Shown here piece after piece: positions 36,406-50,219 of a stretch of DNA of 64,000 bases. Origin of the DNA: Callorhinchus milii (taxonomy: Eukaryota). Each line of letters starts with the position of its first letter. Within the stretch, counting starts at the first letter, position 1. Position numbers and translations under genes: made by a program. The stretch is from assembly GCF_018977255.1 (NCBI RefSeq), contig NW_024704742.1, positions 131,690,001 to 131,754,000 on the forward strand, in the 5' to 3' direction. Under the pieces are notes generated by a model. That model was not told the DNA's origin. It saw nothing but the letters and a program-made list of their open reading frames with translations, and ran no database searches.

Positions 36406-39400
36406 CAGTGCATCAGTTAATATGGATAACTTATTATGAATAATAATGATATTCCTTGGATTTCTTATAGCACCTTTCATTTCAGAAGGACATCTCAAAG
36501 TACAGAATCTCCTGTAAAGTGCAATAACTGTGTATTTTGTGAACAAATGCATTAGATTGTTGGCCAGGACCGCAGGAGATATTCCCATCTCTTTTTGAGT
36601 AGGGCTATGGAATCTTTAATGTCCTCCTTAACAGGCATATATGACCTTGTTTGAACGATAGGACCTCCGATGAAGCTGTGCTTCTCCAGCATTGCATTTG
36701 AGTGTCAATCTAGACCAATGTTTGGCCAACAAAATAATCATAGAAATAACAAAATAGCAAAGATTGATGTCATAAATCAAGAAATATTCAATCAAGAAAC
36801 ATTTATTTTCTTGGCCAACCAACGACATCGGCTACCACTGGCCAAGACTATGTCTAGAATAAGGTAATGGAATTGGCCACTTAGGAGATGGTCACCATGG
36901 GCAAGGGTCTGACTGGCAATGGGATCAGCTAATCAGAATAAAATGTTGCTTATTACTGAAATCTGGCATCCGGCCCTCAGCAGCCAAAAGGTTTGACTTG
37001 CCCGGCGTAGGGGAACAGTTGCAAGGGCATATCAGCCTGAATGGTTGCAAGGAAACTTAGTGGGTAAACTTCTTCCTTCAACCAGAATGACATGACACAC
37101 ATTGTGTTGACTCACAGAAACTCTGTTCTGAAAGTAGATTGAGCTAAGCGCAGTTATATAATAATGATAATAATAATCCTTGCGTTTTATATAGCGCCTT
37201 ATTACTCAGGCGCTTCAAAGCGCTTCAAAGGATATACTGTAAAGTGGAGTGACCGTGTATTTTGTGGGCAAAATCTGACAGCCAATTGCGCGCAGCAGTG
37301 TCCCACAAACAGCCATGGAGTGAGTGACCAAAGTATTATTTTTTATTTGGGGCGATTGTTGGCTAATTCCCGCAAGTCAAAGTGTTGGACATCTTGCTTC
37401 CTTATTGAGGAATTCTGTTTCAACTGGCTTGTATTAAGTTTTATTTCGGAGGGGAGCAGAAAAATATGAAAAAAAATAAAATAAGCTTTTATGTGGAGAG
37501 ACAGCATCTTTCCCCTCTGCTGGAAATTTTGGGTAAAATCTGTATCATTCCTCAAATATTGTCAGACTTAAACTAACACTGACACTGTTTAAAAAACACC
37601 GTACGTTTTATCCCATTTTGGGTAGAAAATCCACCTAGATTTATTGTCTCAGCAAAGGTTTTCAGACTGTCCAGCATTTGGCTAATTCTTAAATGCAGCC
37701 TCAACTTCTTTTAAGAACTATGGAAAACGGTCTTCAAAGTTAATGCTGAAATCAACAATTTGCCAAAATCTGTACATTCTATGCTAGTAGAGAAAATCTA
37801 GACCTCAGTGCCATTTTACCCCATATGTTTTGCAGTTAATTTTGAAAACTTGGTGGGCGGTATGTGTGTGTGTGTGTGTCATGTGGGAGTGGGGTGGGAG
37901 GGTTAATGTTCTGTACGTAATGTGGTAGTACATCCTGTATTGCAAATTTTCCCCTTACAGCTCATCGCCAGTCTGTGATCAATTTCCTACCTGAACAGGA
38001 TGAAAAGAGTATTAAAAAAANGACATATTCAGAATGGACACATTGCATGCTGCAAACAGGATTGGCGTGCAACTCGATATCATTTTAAAACGTCTTTCTT
38101 GGGGTCGCACGTTCGTTACATTAGCTGTCACTCCCTAAAAATGCTAAGCCTTTTTTTTTCAGTGCCATTTTGCACTTCTTCAGCTCTGTCTGAAATGGTT
38201 ATGGACGTAAAGTGTTAACATGAAGCAACTACCATTAAAGTAAGTCTGACGTGGGATTTACTCAGGGGTCTTCGTGACTTGGATTGAAGTTGCACTGTAT
38301 TAGCTGAACAGATGGTATAACTGCTTGTGAACTCACCCCCCTTAGGGTAAATTCTAACACCAACCCAGCAAAGTCATCTGGTTCCCTTCTTTGTTCTGAA
38401 TGGATGGCTGCATAGCCTTGCAGGATTCCTCCACGGCAGGAGGGCTCTGTTAGAGAAGCTCACTGTCATGGACTGAATCGTAGGAGAAGACACGACACGT
38501 TGGTGGGGGGGTGGGTGGGGGGGAAAGACAAAGAAAGAGCCGGGTGTTTCTCCCAGGACCTGGCCAACAATTCCCCCAGATAAAATTGGTCGTTCGTTTC
38601 ACGGGTGTTTGTGCGACATTGCTGTGTGCAAATCAGCTGCCCCTTTCACCTTCACACAGACACAATCACTACATTTTACAATATAACCTGTGAAGCGCTT
38701 TGAGACGTCCTCATGATGTGAAAGGCGCGATACCAAAACATCTAAAGATAATTAAGCAATTGAATAGAAATTCAACCACGGCGAAAGAGCTATGTACAAC
38801 GCTTAGTTGCTGGGGCTCACAAATCCATTGTGAATCGGAGTCACCATTCAGGGAAAAATGCGGAATGTGATTAAAAGTGATAATCCTTACATTTGAAATA
38901 CTGCCTTATGAGACTGAAATGTCACACAATGTTTTACAATGATTACTGTTCAGTGTAGTTCCACGCTGCAATGTCCTACTACTAATTCTATCAGGGGAAT
39001 TGTCGAACAGGACACCTGAAGAAATTCCCTCCTCTTTTTGAATAGCGCTATGCGATCATTAACATATCATTTGGAGGGTGGCACCTCTGACAATGCAGCA
39101 CAACTCTTGCCTGGCCTGTGAGCTCCATGTCTCAAACATGTACCTTTTGTGTTCCTGTCTCAGCGCGTGCAAAAGTATTTTCTGAATTTATTTTCTCGGT
39201 TCCATTTAAAATCTTCTACACTTCCCAAACCTTGACTCTTGCCAACCTGTGCCTAAACTCTCAGGGATTTGGCTAATAGGGTCCATCCCTCTGGGGAGAC
39301 AGTGCAAACTCCATTACTGGACAAACGTGCGTTGGAGGAACTCTCAGTCATCTGGTTTGGTGACTCTTTGGCATGATGATGGGTTTCCGATAGGCTCTGA

Positions 39401-39529
39401 TAGCTGGCTGGCCAAAACAAAACTGCACTTGAATAAACTCCTGACAAACTCGGGATGTCTAATTCTGTCTCCAAGGCAAACGGCCATTCTTAAATTTGAG
39501 CATGGTTCACTCTGATTGCATTTGTGGGG

Positions 39530-39907
39530 GTATGCTCCTCCCTACCTCTGTGACCTCCTAAACTCCTACCAACATGTCCACTCCCTCTGCTCAGCGGGCT
39601 CCAACGTGCTTTGTGTCCTCTGTTTTGCATGCCCAATCATTGGCGGATGGGCCTTCAGCCTCTCTGCCTCCACCCTCTGGACCTCCATCCCACAGTCCCT
39701 CTGCCTCACCCCCTCCCTTGCCTCCTTCAAGACCCATCTCAAGAGCCTCCTCTTCGACCATGCATTTGATCACCCTCCTTTCCCCCTTGCCCTCCACCCT
39801 CCCCGATCCCGACCCCCAGCTCGGGTCCGAAACACTGATTGTCCAGCACCTTGGGACATCCTCCCGATGTGAGAGGCGCTATACAAATGTAATTTTGTTG
39901 TTGTTGT
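39530..39907 (+). mobile_element. L2 3' fragment
   Basis: APPYLCDLL..GGWAFSLSASTLWTSIPQSL..SFKTHLKSLLF, then tail with (GTT)n. Confidence 0.9.
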
Positions 39908-39996
39908 TCGCCCCATCCACTCAACTAACTCAGACTTGCTGTGTGTCCCTTGCTCTCTCCGCACCAGCATCAGTGGCCGAGCCTTCAGTTACTAAA

Positions 39997-40078
<82 letters not shown>

Positions 40079-40677
40079 CCAGCATCAGTGGCCGAGCCTT
40101 CAGTTACTAAATGTCTGTCTGTCTGTCTGTCTGTCTGTACATTCCACCTCAAATCTTATCTCTTTGAATGTGCCTCTAGCCACCTCCCTCTCCTTCTCTC
40201 CTCCTCTCCTTTGCTCGGTGTCCGATTCAGTCATTGTAAAGTCCTTTGAGACATTACCCCACATGAAAAGTGCTATAGAAATGTAGGTCATTGTTGAGGA
40301 TGAATACCAACCGGATGCCAGAAATGGATCTCTGTTTGGAGACTCATATTCCTTTTTAACGAATCTTGTCAAGAAACACAGCAAAATGAGACCTGAATAT
40401 TTTCCAAATAAGAATACTCACAAATGACTGTGAAAAGGCTACATTTGAGGGTTTATTTGGAGGGCAAATGTTAATACAAAGTGCTAGATTTTATCGAGTG
40501 GTAGATTTCTATGTTGATGAAGAAACGTCATTTCTTTCGTATATGTTTCTTGCTCTGCATTAGGTTAATACAACAAACAACAACAATTTTAAATTATATA
40601 GCGCCTTTCAAGCAGGGTAGCCTCTCGAAATGGGCAAATAAAATAGTGCTTAATTAAATTAATGCTCAGAAATTTAT
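39908..40677 (+). repeat. Direct duplication, copy B, containing (TGTC)n microsatellites (39997-40078, 40111-40138)
   Basis: Matches 27745-28424; CCAGCATCAGTGGCCGAGCCTTCAGTTACTAAATGTC is itself repeated. Confidence 0.93.
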
Positions 40678-42153
40678 AAAGTTGCACAAAATACAGTCAA
40701 TCCACTTTCTGTGAAGCACTTTGAGATGCCTCGAAGATGTGATAAGGCTCTATATCAAATGCAAAAATTATTGACCATTATTATTGTTAATATTATTATG
40801 ATGATGATGTTCTTGGAAGACTGAGATGGCATGCTTGGCAACGGAATATCAGAATGGAATCGTCAGAATTTTCTGCACAATCATCCATTTTAAAACAAAA
40901 TAGCAAGAATTAATAATAATATAATAGTAATCCTTGCATTTGACAGAGAGCTTGATCAAGTCTTTGAGATGCCTCAAAGCTGTACTGTAAAGTGAATTGA
41001 CTATATATTTTTTGGCGAAACCCAGCAGCCAATTGCCCACAGCAGTGTCCAACAGTCGTGGAATTAAGTTATGTGATTTCAAGCTTCTCTATCTTTGAAC
41101 CACTGTAATTAATATCAACACATTGCATTGCTCCAATTATCTGTCTTTTATTATAAATGGAAATTACTGCTTGTGAATTTGTGTTATCAGCTCAGCACTT
41201 ACTTTAAAATCTTATATAATCTGTAAAATAAACTGAATTGGGTTGATCTGCAGGACCGTGCTTGCACCTGTTGAAATGAGATTTGCTAAGGCACTTATCA
41301 GGAGACTCGATCCAGTAACATGTATTAACTTAAACAATTAATCATTAGACCAAAGTCCAAGCCGACTGTAATACCTGATAAGGAAAGACAAAACGTCCAT
41401 ATCATAGCCTGAGAATGCTTATAGGGATTATGATCCTGTTGCTTTTTGTGACTAATAGCTTCCTTTTATGGGTTATTGAAAGCATAGCAGTCAATAACAA
41501 CACCAGTACTGTACCATTCATTGTAATAATGAATCAATCTAGTTTGAACACAGAATCATTTCATGACTGTTTGTGGGGCATTGCTGTTTGCAAATTGGCT
41601 GCCATGTTCACCTACAGAATATATAGTCACTGCACTTTACACTATACTTTTTGCCTATGAAATACACAGCCATTATATTTTAATGAATCCTTTAATGACA
41701 ATGTGGAAAGGCGATGTATCAAATTAATGGATTATTATTATTATTATTTGCATTGGAGATGTCAAAAGTGAGTCTAACACTATGACATCTGTATGGATGA
41801 TATCGTCATCAAGGCCACCTTTACAAATATCACCAGTGTTCGGTTCCTTGCCCTTTGTTTTCTCAGTAATATCTGTATCTCCAACAATGAAACCATCCGT
41901 GCTGTGTCAGAAGAGTGAACGATTGATCATCATAAGCTGAGGTGTTGCTACTGGCCGTTACGCTTTCGATAAACCAAATCCAGAGACTCTATTCATCACA
42001 AACACCATTCAGGAACATTGGCAAACGCTAGGTGCATTCACCTGAAATTCTTTCCTCTCTTTCCCCATCACTATTTTGCTTGTCCACCCTTCTAACCAGT
42101 TCATGACTCATTGTGTCAGGTGTCAGCCAACCTCGCAGATTCAATGTGTCAGG

Positions 42154-42580
42154 TGTCAGTTTGGCTCAGTTAGTAGCTCTCTCACATCTTACCTGAGTCA
42201 GAAGGTTGGAGGTTCAAGCCCCATGTCCGAATTTGAGTTTGCGTAGCCTAGGCTGCCTTTCCAATGCAATGCTGGGGAGGGGTGTTCCATGAAAATGCCT
42301 CATCTTTTGGAAAAGGCGTTAAAGGTGTCCAGATGGACATCAAAGATCCCATTGTATAATTAAAAACAAAAGGAATTGTTTTTTCTGGTGTCTTGGCCAA
42401 CAATTCCCCATATAAAACTGATCCTTCATTTCATGGCTGTTCGTGGGACATTGCTGTGCGTAAATCGGCTGTCACATTCCCCTACAATACACAGTCACAC
42501 CACTTCGCAGTATATCCTGTGAAGCACTTTGAGACATTCTCCTTATGTCATACCATCTTACCAAATGGAAAGATTCTTAT
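42154..42580 (+). mobile_element. Deu-domain SINE, near full length
   Basis: Head, core and tail present. Confidence 0.8.
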
Positions 42581-43369
42581 TGTAACATTGACATTCAGGC
42601 AAGTTAAGCCAAAAATAAAGAGAGAAAGGCAAATATCAAAATAAATGTTCAAGTTTAATTTTTTCGCATTAAAAACTAACAAGTACACAATGCAAAACAA
42701 ATGCACTTATAAAATTATTACTTCCATCTTATCTTCACTTGCGTGTTGAATGGGCTTCCGTTTTTTGGTAGCAAAGAAACAGAATGTCAAGCAGTTAGTT
42801 ACAAATAAGGTAATTATAAACTCTCAGATCTCTTTATGGGCTTTTATTGCCTAGCATTATATGTCCTGTACATTTGCAATGACTGTCCCTGTCCTTGTTG
42901 TAATTATCTTTGAAAGTACTCCTATTACTCAATAATTTTTTGCCTACTGCTGATTTTTGTCCTAAAAATACACCGCATAGATGTTTTTGTGCTTACTTGT
43001 GTAGTTTGCTGTTAAAAAATGACTGAGAAGGGAAAAGGTCGCCTACTTGTTCTCCTGGCGTTGTACCAACAGTCTGCACAAAAAGTGATAGAATATAGTT
43101 TATGGGTACCTGAATTTCCTTCCCCCCACACACACATCCACACAAATGAGTTGCCAGATTCACTGCGGTTATTTAGAGCTGGCATTGAGCGATGGGAGGA
43201 AGGGAAATTGAAGGAAGGCTAACCTGCTCCAACTTGCTCACCTTCTACTGGAATTGTTAGAGTCCTGTGAACAGGTCACCCCCTGTCCTTGGGGGCACAG
43301 GGTTGCTTGTGATGAATGGTATGCCGAGGCGGGGGGAGATGAAGGAGAGAGAGATTAATCATAAATAAT

Positions 43370-43810
43370 AAATAATAAATAATATTCCTTGCATTTGATA
43401 TAGTGCATTATCAAGTCATCGAGGCGTCTCAAAGTGCTTCACAGGATGTATTGTAATGTGGAGTGACTGTATTTTTTGTGTGGGCAAAAAAGGACTCACA
43501 GCAATGTACCACAAACAGCCATGGAGTGAGTGAAATATTATTTGGGGGATTTTTTGGCCAGGAAACTAGGAGAAACTCCCTTCTCTTTTCAAATTGTGCC
43601 ATGAGATCTTTGTCATCCACCTAAAGAGGCAGATAGGACCTTGGATTAATATCTCATCTGAAGGATGGCACTTCCGACAAAGAAACACACCTCCAGCACT
43701 TCATTGGAGTGTCATCTTAGACCATCTGATTCCAAATCCGGATGTTGGGCTTGAATCCACAACTTCTGACTCAAAAGGCAAGCGTTTTACCCGCTGAGCC
43801 AGTCTGACCT
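43370..43810 (-). mobile_element. Deu-domain SINE, full length
   Basis: Head, core and tail on the minus strand. Confidence 0.85.
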
Positions 43811-44679
43811 GCAAAATTTGATTTGAAGATAAAAGAACAATGGGATACAAATGCAACGGCAAATATATCAAAGTTTCATCGGCAATACATTCCACAGAAA
43901 CCTTCACAATGCAAAAATGCTTTCACCATAAAGGCCTTTGTTCGCTCGCTTAATTCGGAAAGCTACAAGTATGTAATCCCACAAGCAGCCTTGCGGTTCT
44001 TGAAAGGCCTCAGCGGCCGATATTAACACCTGCCTTTTGGTTTGTTAATGTCCATCAGCTTCAGTTCCTCGTGTAATTAGAGTGATGAGTTTGATTGACG
44101 GGTCCAAACTGAGAACACGGCTGCATTACCAGATCCCTTCCCTGCTGCAGGCATGAATGCCAAACGGGTGGGGAATAGGCAGACTCCTGCTGGAGTCAAA
44201 ATAATTGACCTTGTAACCCTCCGAGTTCCGTTTGCCCGCGGTCTGAGGTGCAGTCAAACCCCACGCAACCACACACCTGCTGTTTGTTTTTATCCTGTTG
44301 CGGCATAATTTGCGTTGTCTCCGAGCATTAACTCATCCCTTATTCATGACACAGAACTCTCATCTTCAAGTAGCAGTGCGTCTGCAGAGATGAGATGTGC
44401 TCAACTCCCTCAATACCATGCTTGTAAATAGGAATAGATAAATGTTAATCTGAAAGCAGTGCTAACGTCTGTTGTAATTTACCCCTTTTCAGATACGAAA
44501 GCGTTCCGAATCCCTCTCAGCCGCAGGATTCAGATCTTTGGTGTAATTTTACATAATGCATGATACCTCGTCGACTCTGTTAGCGAGATCCCAGGTGCCT
44601 GTCTCATAGCACAGTGCTTCTCTGTTTTCCAGTCTATTATTTAACTGTGTTATTTAATTTATCTATTTTATTGTTTAAC

Positions 44680-44863
44680 GGTCTCAAGACCCCCCTCTTC
44701 GATCATGCTTCAGCCACCCTCCTACCCTTAACCTCGCTCTACCCTTAACCCCTCCTGATCCCAACCCTCAGCTCAGGTCCAAATCTTTGACTGTCTGGCA
44801 CCTTTGGATGTCCTCCCGATGTGAAAGGTGGGGTACAAATGTAATTTGTTATTGTTGTTGTTG
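44680..44863 (+). mobile_element. L2 3' tail
   Basis: GGTCTCAAGACCCCCCTCTTCGATCATGC..GGATGTCCTCCCGATGTGAAAGG..(GTT)n. Confidence 0.85.
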
Positions 44864-45309
44864 TGTATATAAGTTACGGAACCCAACTCAGAATAGAGGC
44901 ATGATGATATACACAAAGGCTGTGGTCTTGATTTCATGGGAACTACTTTAATATTGACGGGGGAAAAAAACAGTGATAATTATCACATCAACCCAAAATG
45001 TGGACCAAATAGTTATCACTGGACTAGCGGGAGCGGGGTGGAAAGGGTTAAACCTAGATATATTTCTTAGCATTTTAGAGCAAGCAAATGTATAACAATT
45101 CTTGAATTTGATTTTTATTTTGGAACTGTTTTTCTGTAGGTATGTTTTTTCTCCCTTCTTTATCACTGCCCTCAGATGGAGAACAGTGAGATGGGTATTC
45201 TGGAGGGATTATGGAGAGATCGGATGGGCTGAAGGGTCTCCTTCATCCAAACCAATCTTGTGATCTTGTGAAAGGCTAAGGTAAAAAGATCAAGTCTTTG
45301 ACTCAGGTG

Positions 45310-45600
45310 GAATAATAATAATAATAATAATCCTTGCAATTGATATAGTGTTTTATCATGTCGTTGAGACGTCTCAAAATGCATCACAGAATATGCTGTA
45401 AAGTGAATTGACTATATATTTTGTGGGTGAAATGCAGCAGCCAATTGCGCACAGCAGGGTCTCATGCACCATTGTGGATTGAGTGACTAATATTTTTTTT
45501 GAGGGATTATTACCCCCAGAAAGTGATCTGCCAGTTCTTCTTCTTGCTAGGTGATCAGAGGCATGTGGAATATGGAAATTTGACTAAGGTTTTGCCCCAC
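45310..45600 (-). mobile_element. Ala-SINE long subfamily, headless
   Basis: Tail and body on the minus strand. Confidence 0.8.
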
Positions 45601-46635
45601 CTGCTATATATATATATATATATTTACATGCACCATTCTCCTTCATGAGCTGCAAGATTCAAACACTCAGTAAGTTTACAAAATCTTAAGAGGAAGATTT
45701 GGAAATTGGGAAATATTTTCGCGGTTCATCAAGCGGGAATATGCCAGGCTGTTTTTCCATCAAGCATTTACATCAAGTCCTTGTTCAGCAGGTGTAACAT
45801 AATAATAATATGAATAATCCTTACATTTGATACAGCATCTTTTGTGTCAGGAGGATGTCCCAAAGCACTTCACAGGACATCCTGCAAAGTGGTGTGACTG
45901 TGTGTCTTGTGGGCGAATGTGGGCAGCCAACTGTGCACAGCAAAGTCTTACATCCAGCCAAGAAGCGAATTGCATTTATACAGCAGCCTTCACGCACGGT
46001 AGCGGCTTGAAGCATTTATCAATGGCAGATTTTATAAAATAAAAATTTTAGGAAATAAAAAATGACCAATTTTATTTTGGGAATTGTTGACCAAGACACT
46101 AGAAGAAACAAACTCCTTTCTCTCTTTAAGTGGTGCAAGGATCTTTAACATTCATCTGAACAGGTAGATGGAGCCTCGATTTACCATTTCCTCCAAAGGA
46201 TTGAGTTTCCTTTTATATTAAAAAGAAAGCGACTGCATTCTCCTCCAGCCCCATCCCTTGAGGTTAACGATAACAGTTGACTTATTTTTATAATTCCCTA
46301 CATTGCTTTATTAATGCCTGAAATCTGCGACAAAGAAAAACATTTGAATAACGCAGAGCAGTGAGTAACAGGAAACAAATCTACTCTATTTACACTTCCA
46401 ATCCGATCAGATGTGACTGGTGTTGATTCAAACTGAATCTGATTCACCTACTCTTGACATTGCACCATGCTTAAAACAAGAATCCATCAGACACTATCAA
46501 ATCCCAAGTCCGTGCATGTGCAATAAATAAGTTCAGAGTCCCTGTGTGTACGTGCACCGTGTTGTCAGCACAGACTACTGTAACACGGATAAAAAAGGGA
46601 GTAAGGATTTGAATAAGCTTCATATATCAGGCGAC

Positions 46636-48150
46636 ACCTAACCAGCGTGGTGGCGGAGTGGCTCTCATCTCCCGGTCCCCGCTCGGCCTATCCCCTTACT
46701 CCTCTGGAACTTTCCTCTCCTTTGAGCAACTTACTCTTTATCACCCCTCCAACCTTTCCCTCAAAATTCTCATTATCTACTGCCACCTCCAAGCCCTCCC
46801 CCACCTTCATCCCCGACATCGCCACCCTCCTATCTTCCCTCTCCCTCTGAACTCCTCCTCATCCTTGACGATTTCAACCTTCATTTCACCCCTTCCTGCT
46901 CTACCTCTGCTGACATTTCTTCCCTTATCTCCTCCCTCAATCTCTCCCTTCACATCTATTCCGTGACCCATGTCCGCGGTCATCCCTTCGACCTGGTGAT
47001 CACTCGGGGCCTCCCATCTCGGACCTCACTATCACTGACAAAGCGATCTCGGACCATCACTTCATCTCCCTTAACTCCTCAATCCCTTTCCCCACCACCA
47101 CCCAACCCACCTCCATCTCCTACCACCCCTGGAAAAAAATGCCTTCCCTCTTGGCTGCCTTGAAGTCATCTGAACTCCTTCCCCGCTGGGCGTCCTCCCG
47201 CAATGACCTATCCTCCTCGGTCACTCTTCTCCACAGCTCCCTCTCCTCCACTCACGATTCGCTCGCTCCCCTCTCTTTCCCAAACTGCCTCCTATTCACA
47301 TAAATCATCCTGGTATACCAGCCCACCTCTGCTCCCTTAAAGCCCAGGCGTGTTCTGCTGAGCGCACCCGGCTTAAATCAAACCTAACTGTCCATCGGCA
47401 GATCTGGCTGGATCATATCAAATGATACCGCTCTGCCCTCGCCTCCGCTAAATCGTCGTTCTACTCCAAGACAATCTTGGAGGCTAAGGACAACCCCAAG
47501 CTCTTTTTCTCCATCATGAACCAGCTCCTCTGCCCACACTCTCACGCCTCACCCATCCTCACCTCGAATGCCAATTGTGAAGTGATGCTGGACTTCCTTG
47601 AATCCAAAGTTGAGGGAATCTGCTCAGCTGCCTCTGCCACTGATACCTCCTTCCACCCCAGCCCCTACCCATCCCTCCCTCTACACTTTTGAACCTGTCT
47701 TCCCCCTCCTCTCTCATCACCACCATAACCCTTATGAAACATACCACCTGCTCCCTCAATCCCATCCCTATCCTCTCCTTACGTCCCAGCTCCACCTCCT
47801 TGCCCCTCTACTCACTGGCATCGTAAAGCTCTCCCTGTCCTCTGGTACTGTTCCCACTCCTGTCATCACTCATATCCTTAAAAAAAATCCTCCCTGGACT
47901 CTTCTCTACTCCCTAACCACCACCCCATCTCCAACCTCCCCTTCCTCTCCAAGGTCCTGGAACGAGATGTTGCTTCTCAGCTTCGCTCCTTCCTATTCTG
48001 CCACTTGCTTCTCGAACCCCACCAATTGGGTTTCCGTGCCACACACAGCACAGAAACAGCCATGGTCAAAGTGACAATGACATTCTGTCCATCTGTGACC
48101 AGGGCTCCCTCTGCCTCCTCATCCTCCTTAACATCTCTGCTGCTTTTGAC
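46636..48150 (+). mobile_element. L2 LINE ORF2 fragment: APE endonuclease through RT N-terminus, frameshifted
   Basis: RGGGVAL, LIL.DFNLH, THVRGHPFDLVITRG, SDHHFI, SWY, ILKK.SLD..N..PISNLPFLSKVLER, GFRATHSTETAMVKV, ISAAFD. Confidence 0.92.
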
Positions 48151-48639
48151 CTACAACAACACCAACAACTTACATTGATATAGTGTCCCTCAGGGTAGAG
48201 TCCCAGAGAGCTTGACAGTGGTGGAGTACGATGCCAAGTTGGTGGGAGAGGGAGTTGACCGTAGGAACGGTCAAAGAGGAAAGTAATCAGGGTTCACCTG
48301 AAGATGGGGAAGCAAGGTGCAACAACTTTGTCAAAAACAATCAATATTTAGCAGTGGCTGAGAGGGTGAAACCGAGTCGCCCCCAACCTCGTCCCTTGAG
48401 GCAAGTGATAACACATGATAATAGTTCTTTTTTACAACAACAAAAACTTGCATTTATGATGTATCCTCCACCCAGGTTAGTGTCTCAAAGATCTCTTACC
48501 CACTTTTTGGACAATTTGATACCATTGCATGGCACATTTCTTATCCCTTCCATGTGTAAAGCACAGTGAGATTATTTCACAACGACGTCAAATTGAGACC
48601 AAGCAACTTGTGTTGATGAAATATTCTTCACAGAATATC

Positions 48640-48990
48640 CAATAATAATAATCTTTGTGTCTGATTAATGCCTTATCACATTGCTAAGACATCTCAAAGT
48701 GCTTCACAGGATTTACTGTAAAGCGTAGTGACTGAATATTTTGTTGCCGAACACAGCAGCCAATTTGCACACAGCAATGTCCCACCCACAGCTATGAATT
48801 GAATGACCCATGTTTTATTGTGAGATTGTTGGCGGAGAAACTCCCTTCTGTTTTGAATATTGCAATGGGATCATTGACGTCCACCTGAACAGGCAAACGG
48901 GACCTTGATTTAATGTGTCATCCGAAGGACTGTACCTCCGTCAAAGCAACACCCCTCCAGCACTACTTTGAAGTGTCAGCCTAGACTCTG
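48640..48990 (-). mobile_element. Deu-domain SINE, headless
   Basis: Core and tail on the minus strand. Confidence 0.8.
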
Positions 48991-49712
48991 AGTTTATACC
49001 AATTTATAACACTTGTAAGCATTGAACAAACAAGGAATTCACTGCAACATAAATATTCTCTGCTTCATCCTTCATTAACCAAATTCCATCCCTTCCCCTA
49101 TTACAGCTGAGTGGGCTCAACTATAGTGTTCATTTGAGCCTGATACAAGCAATCATAAGCTCATCAGAAGCCAAACCATTACATTCTGCACAAATCTCAG
49201 TGGTAAGGGAGGTGGGAAGCAGACAATTGTTATACAAAGTTGATTCTGGTCCTCAACAAATGCCCCTCCATCCGCTTTACTATCAAGTGATCTTTGATCA
49301 CCCCACCCTTCCTCACTCAATGAAGTGAAAATTGTGATGTGTGATGTGTTAATTAACACCCATGGTTGTAATTAACACACTACAGTCACTGTTGAAAAAA
49401 GCAAGCAGTAGGTGTATATCCCGGCCCCCTAATAAAATTGTTCACCCGTTTCATGGCTGTTTGTGGGGCGTTGTTGTGTTCAATTGGGCTTCCGTGCTTG
49501 CCTGCAAAAACACAGACAATGTACAGTAAATCCTATGAAGTACTTTGAGACAAAAGGCACTATACCGAATGCAAAGATTATAATTATTAATAATAATAAA
49601 ATCTAACGTCATGCAAAATGGTGAAATTGGGGGGGTGGTGGGGGGGGAATTTGATGGTAGTGCAGTAGGGGGGAACTTAGGCTTATAGATGGAAAATTGG
49701 ATAAAAATCAGA

Positions 49713-49997
49713 AAGTGAATTGACTGTATATTTTGTGGGTGAAACGCAGCAGCCACTTACGCACAGCAGTGCCCCACAAACAGCTCACGGATTGAAGGGA
49801 CCAATTTTTTTTAAGGAATTCTTACCCCCGGCAAAGCGATCTGCCAATCGACTAATATCTGGGTTCCTACTTACTGCCGGGTAAACAGAGGTGTGTGGAG
49901 TAAGGAAACTTGCCCAACATTTCGCCTTGCCGGGAATCGAACAGAGGTCTTCTGCTTGCGAGGCGAGTGCTCTAATCGCTGAGCTTCAGGACTCCAC
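49713..49997 (-). mobile_element. Ala-SINE long subfamily lacking its tail
   Basis: Head with CTCGCAA loop, and body. Confidence 0.85.
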
Positions 49998-50219
49998 TAA
50001 GTGGGCATTGCAGATGAATATTGTCATGACCCATTATTGTTAGGAGAAGTAAACACCTTTGTGGGCATCAAAGAGTTAAGACCACAAAGGATATTTACAA
50101 CCAGGTGACAGAATTTGATCCATAGAAAAAAAAACAACAGAGGTAACAGTTGCAAGGATGCAATGGAATTGAACGGTCCCCTTCTGTGCTGAAAATTTCT
50201 ATGTTTCTATAATAGCTTA

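Noticed and set aside
41780..42050. Possible coding or RT fragment
   Set aside because: Short frames with stops and no ordered motifs that I can support.
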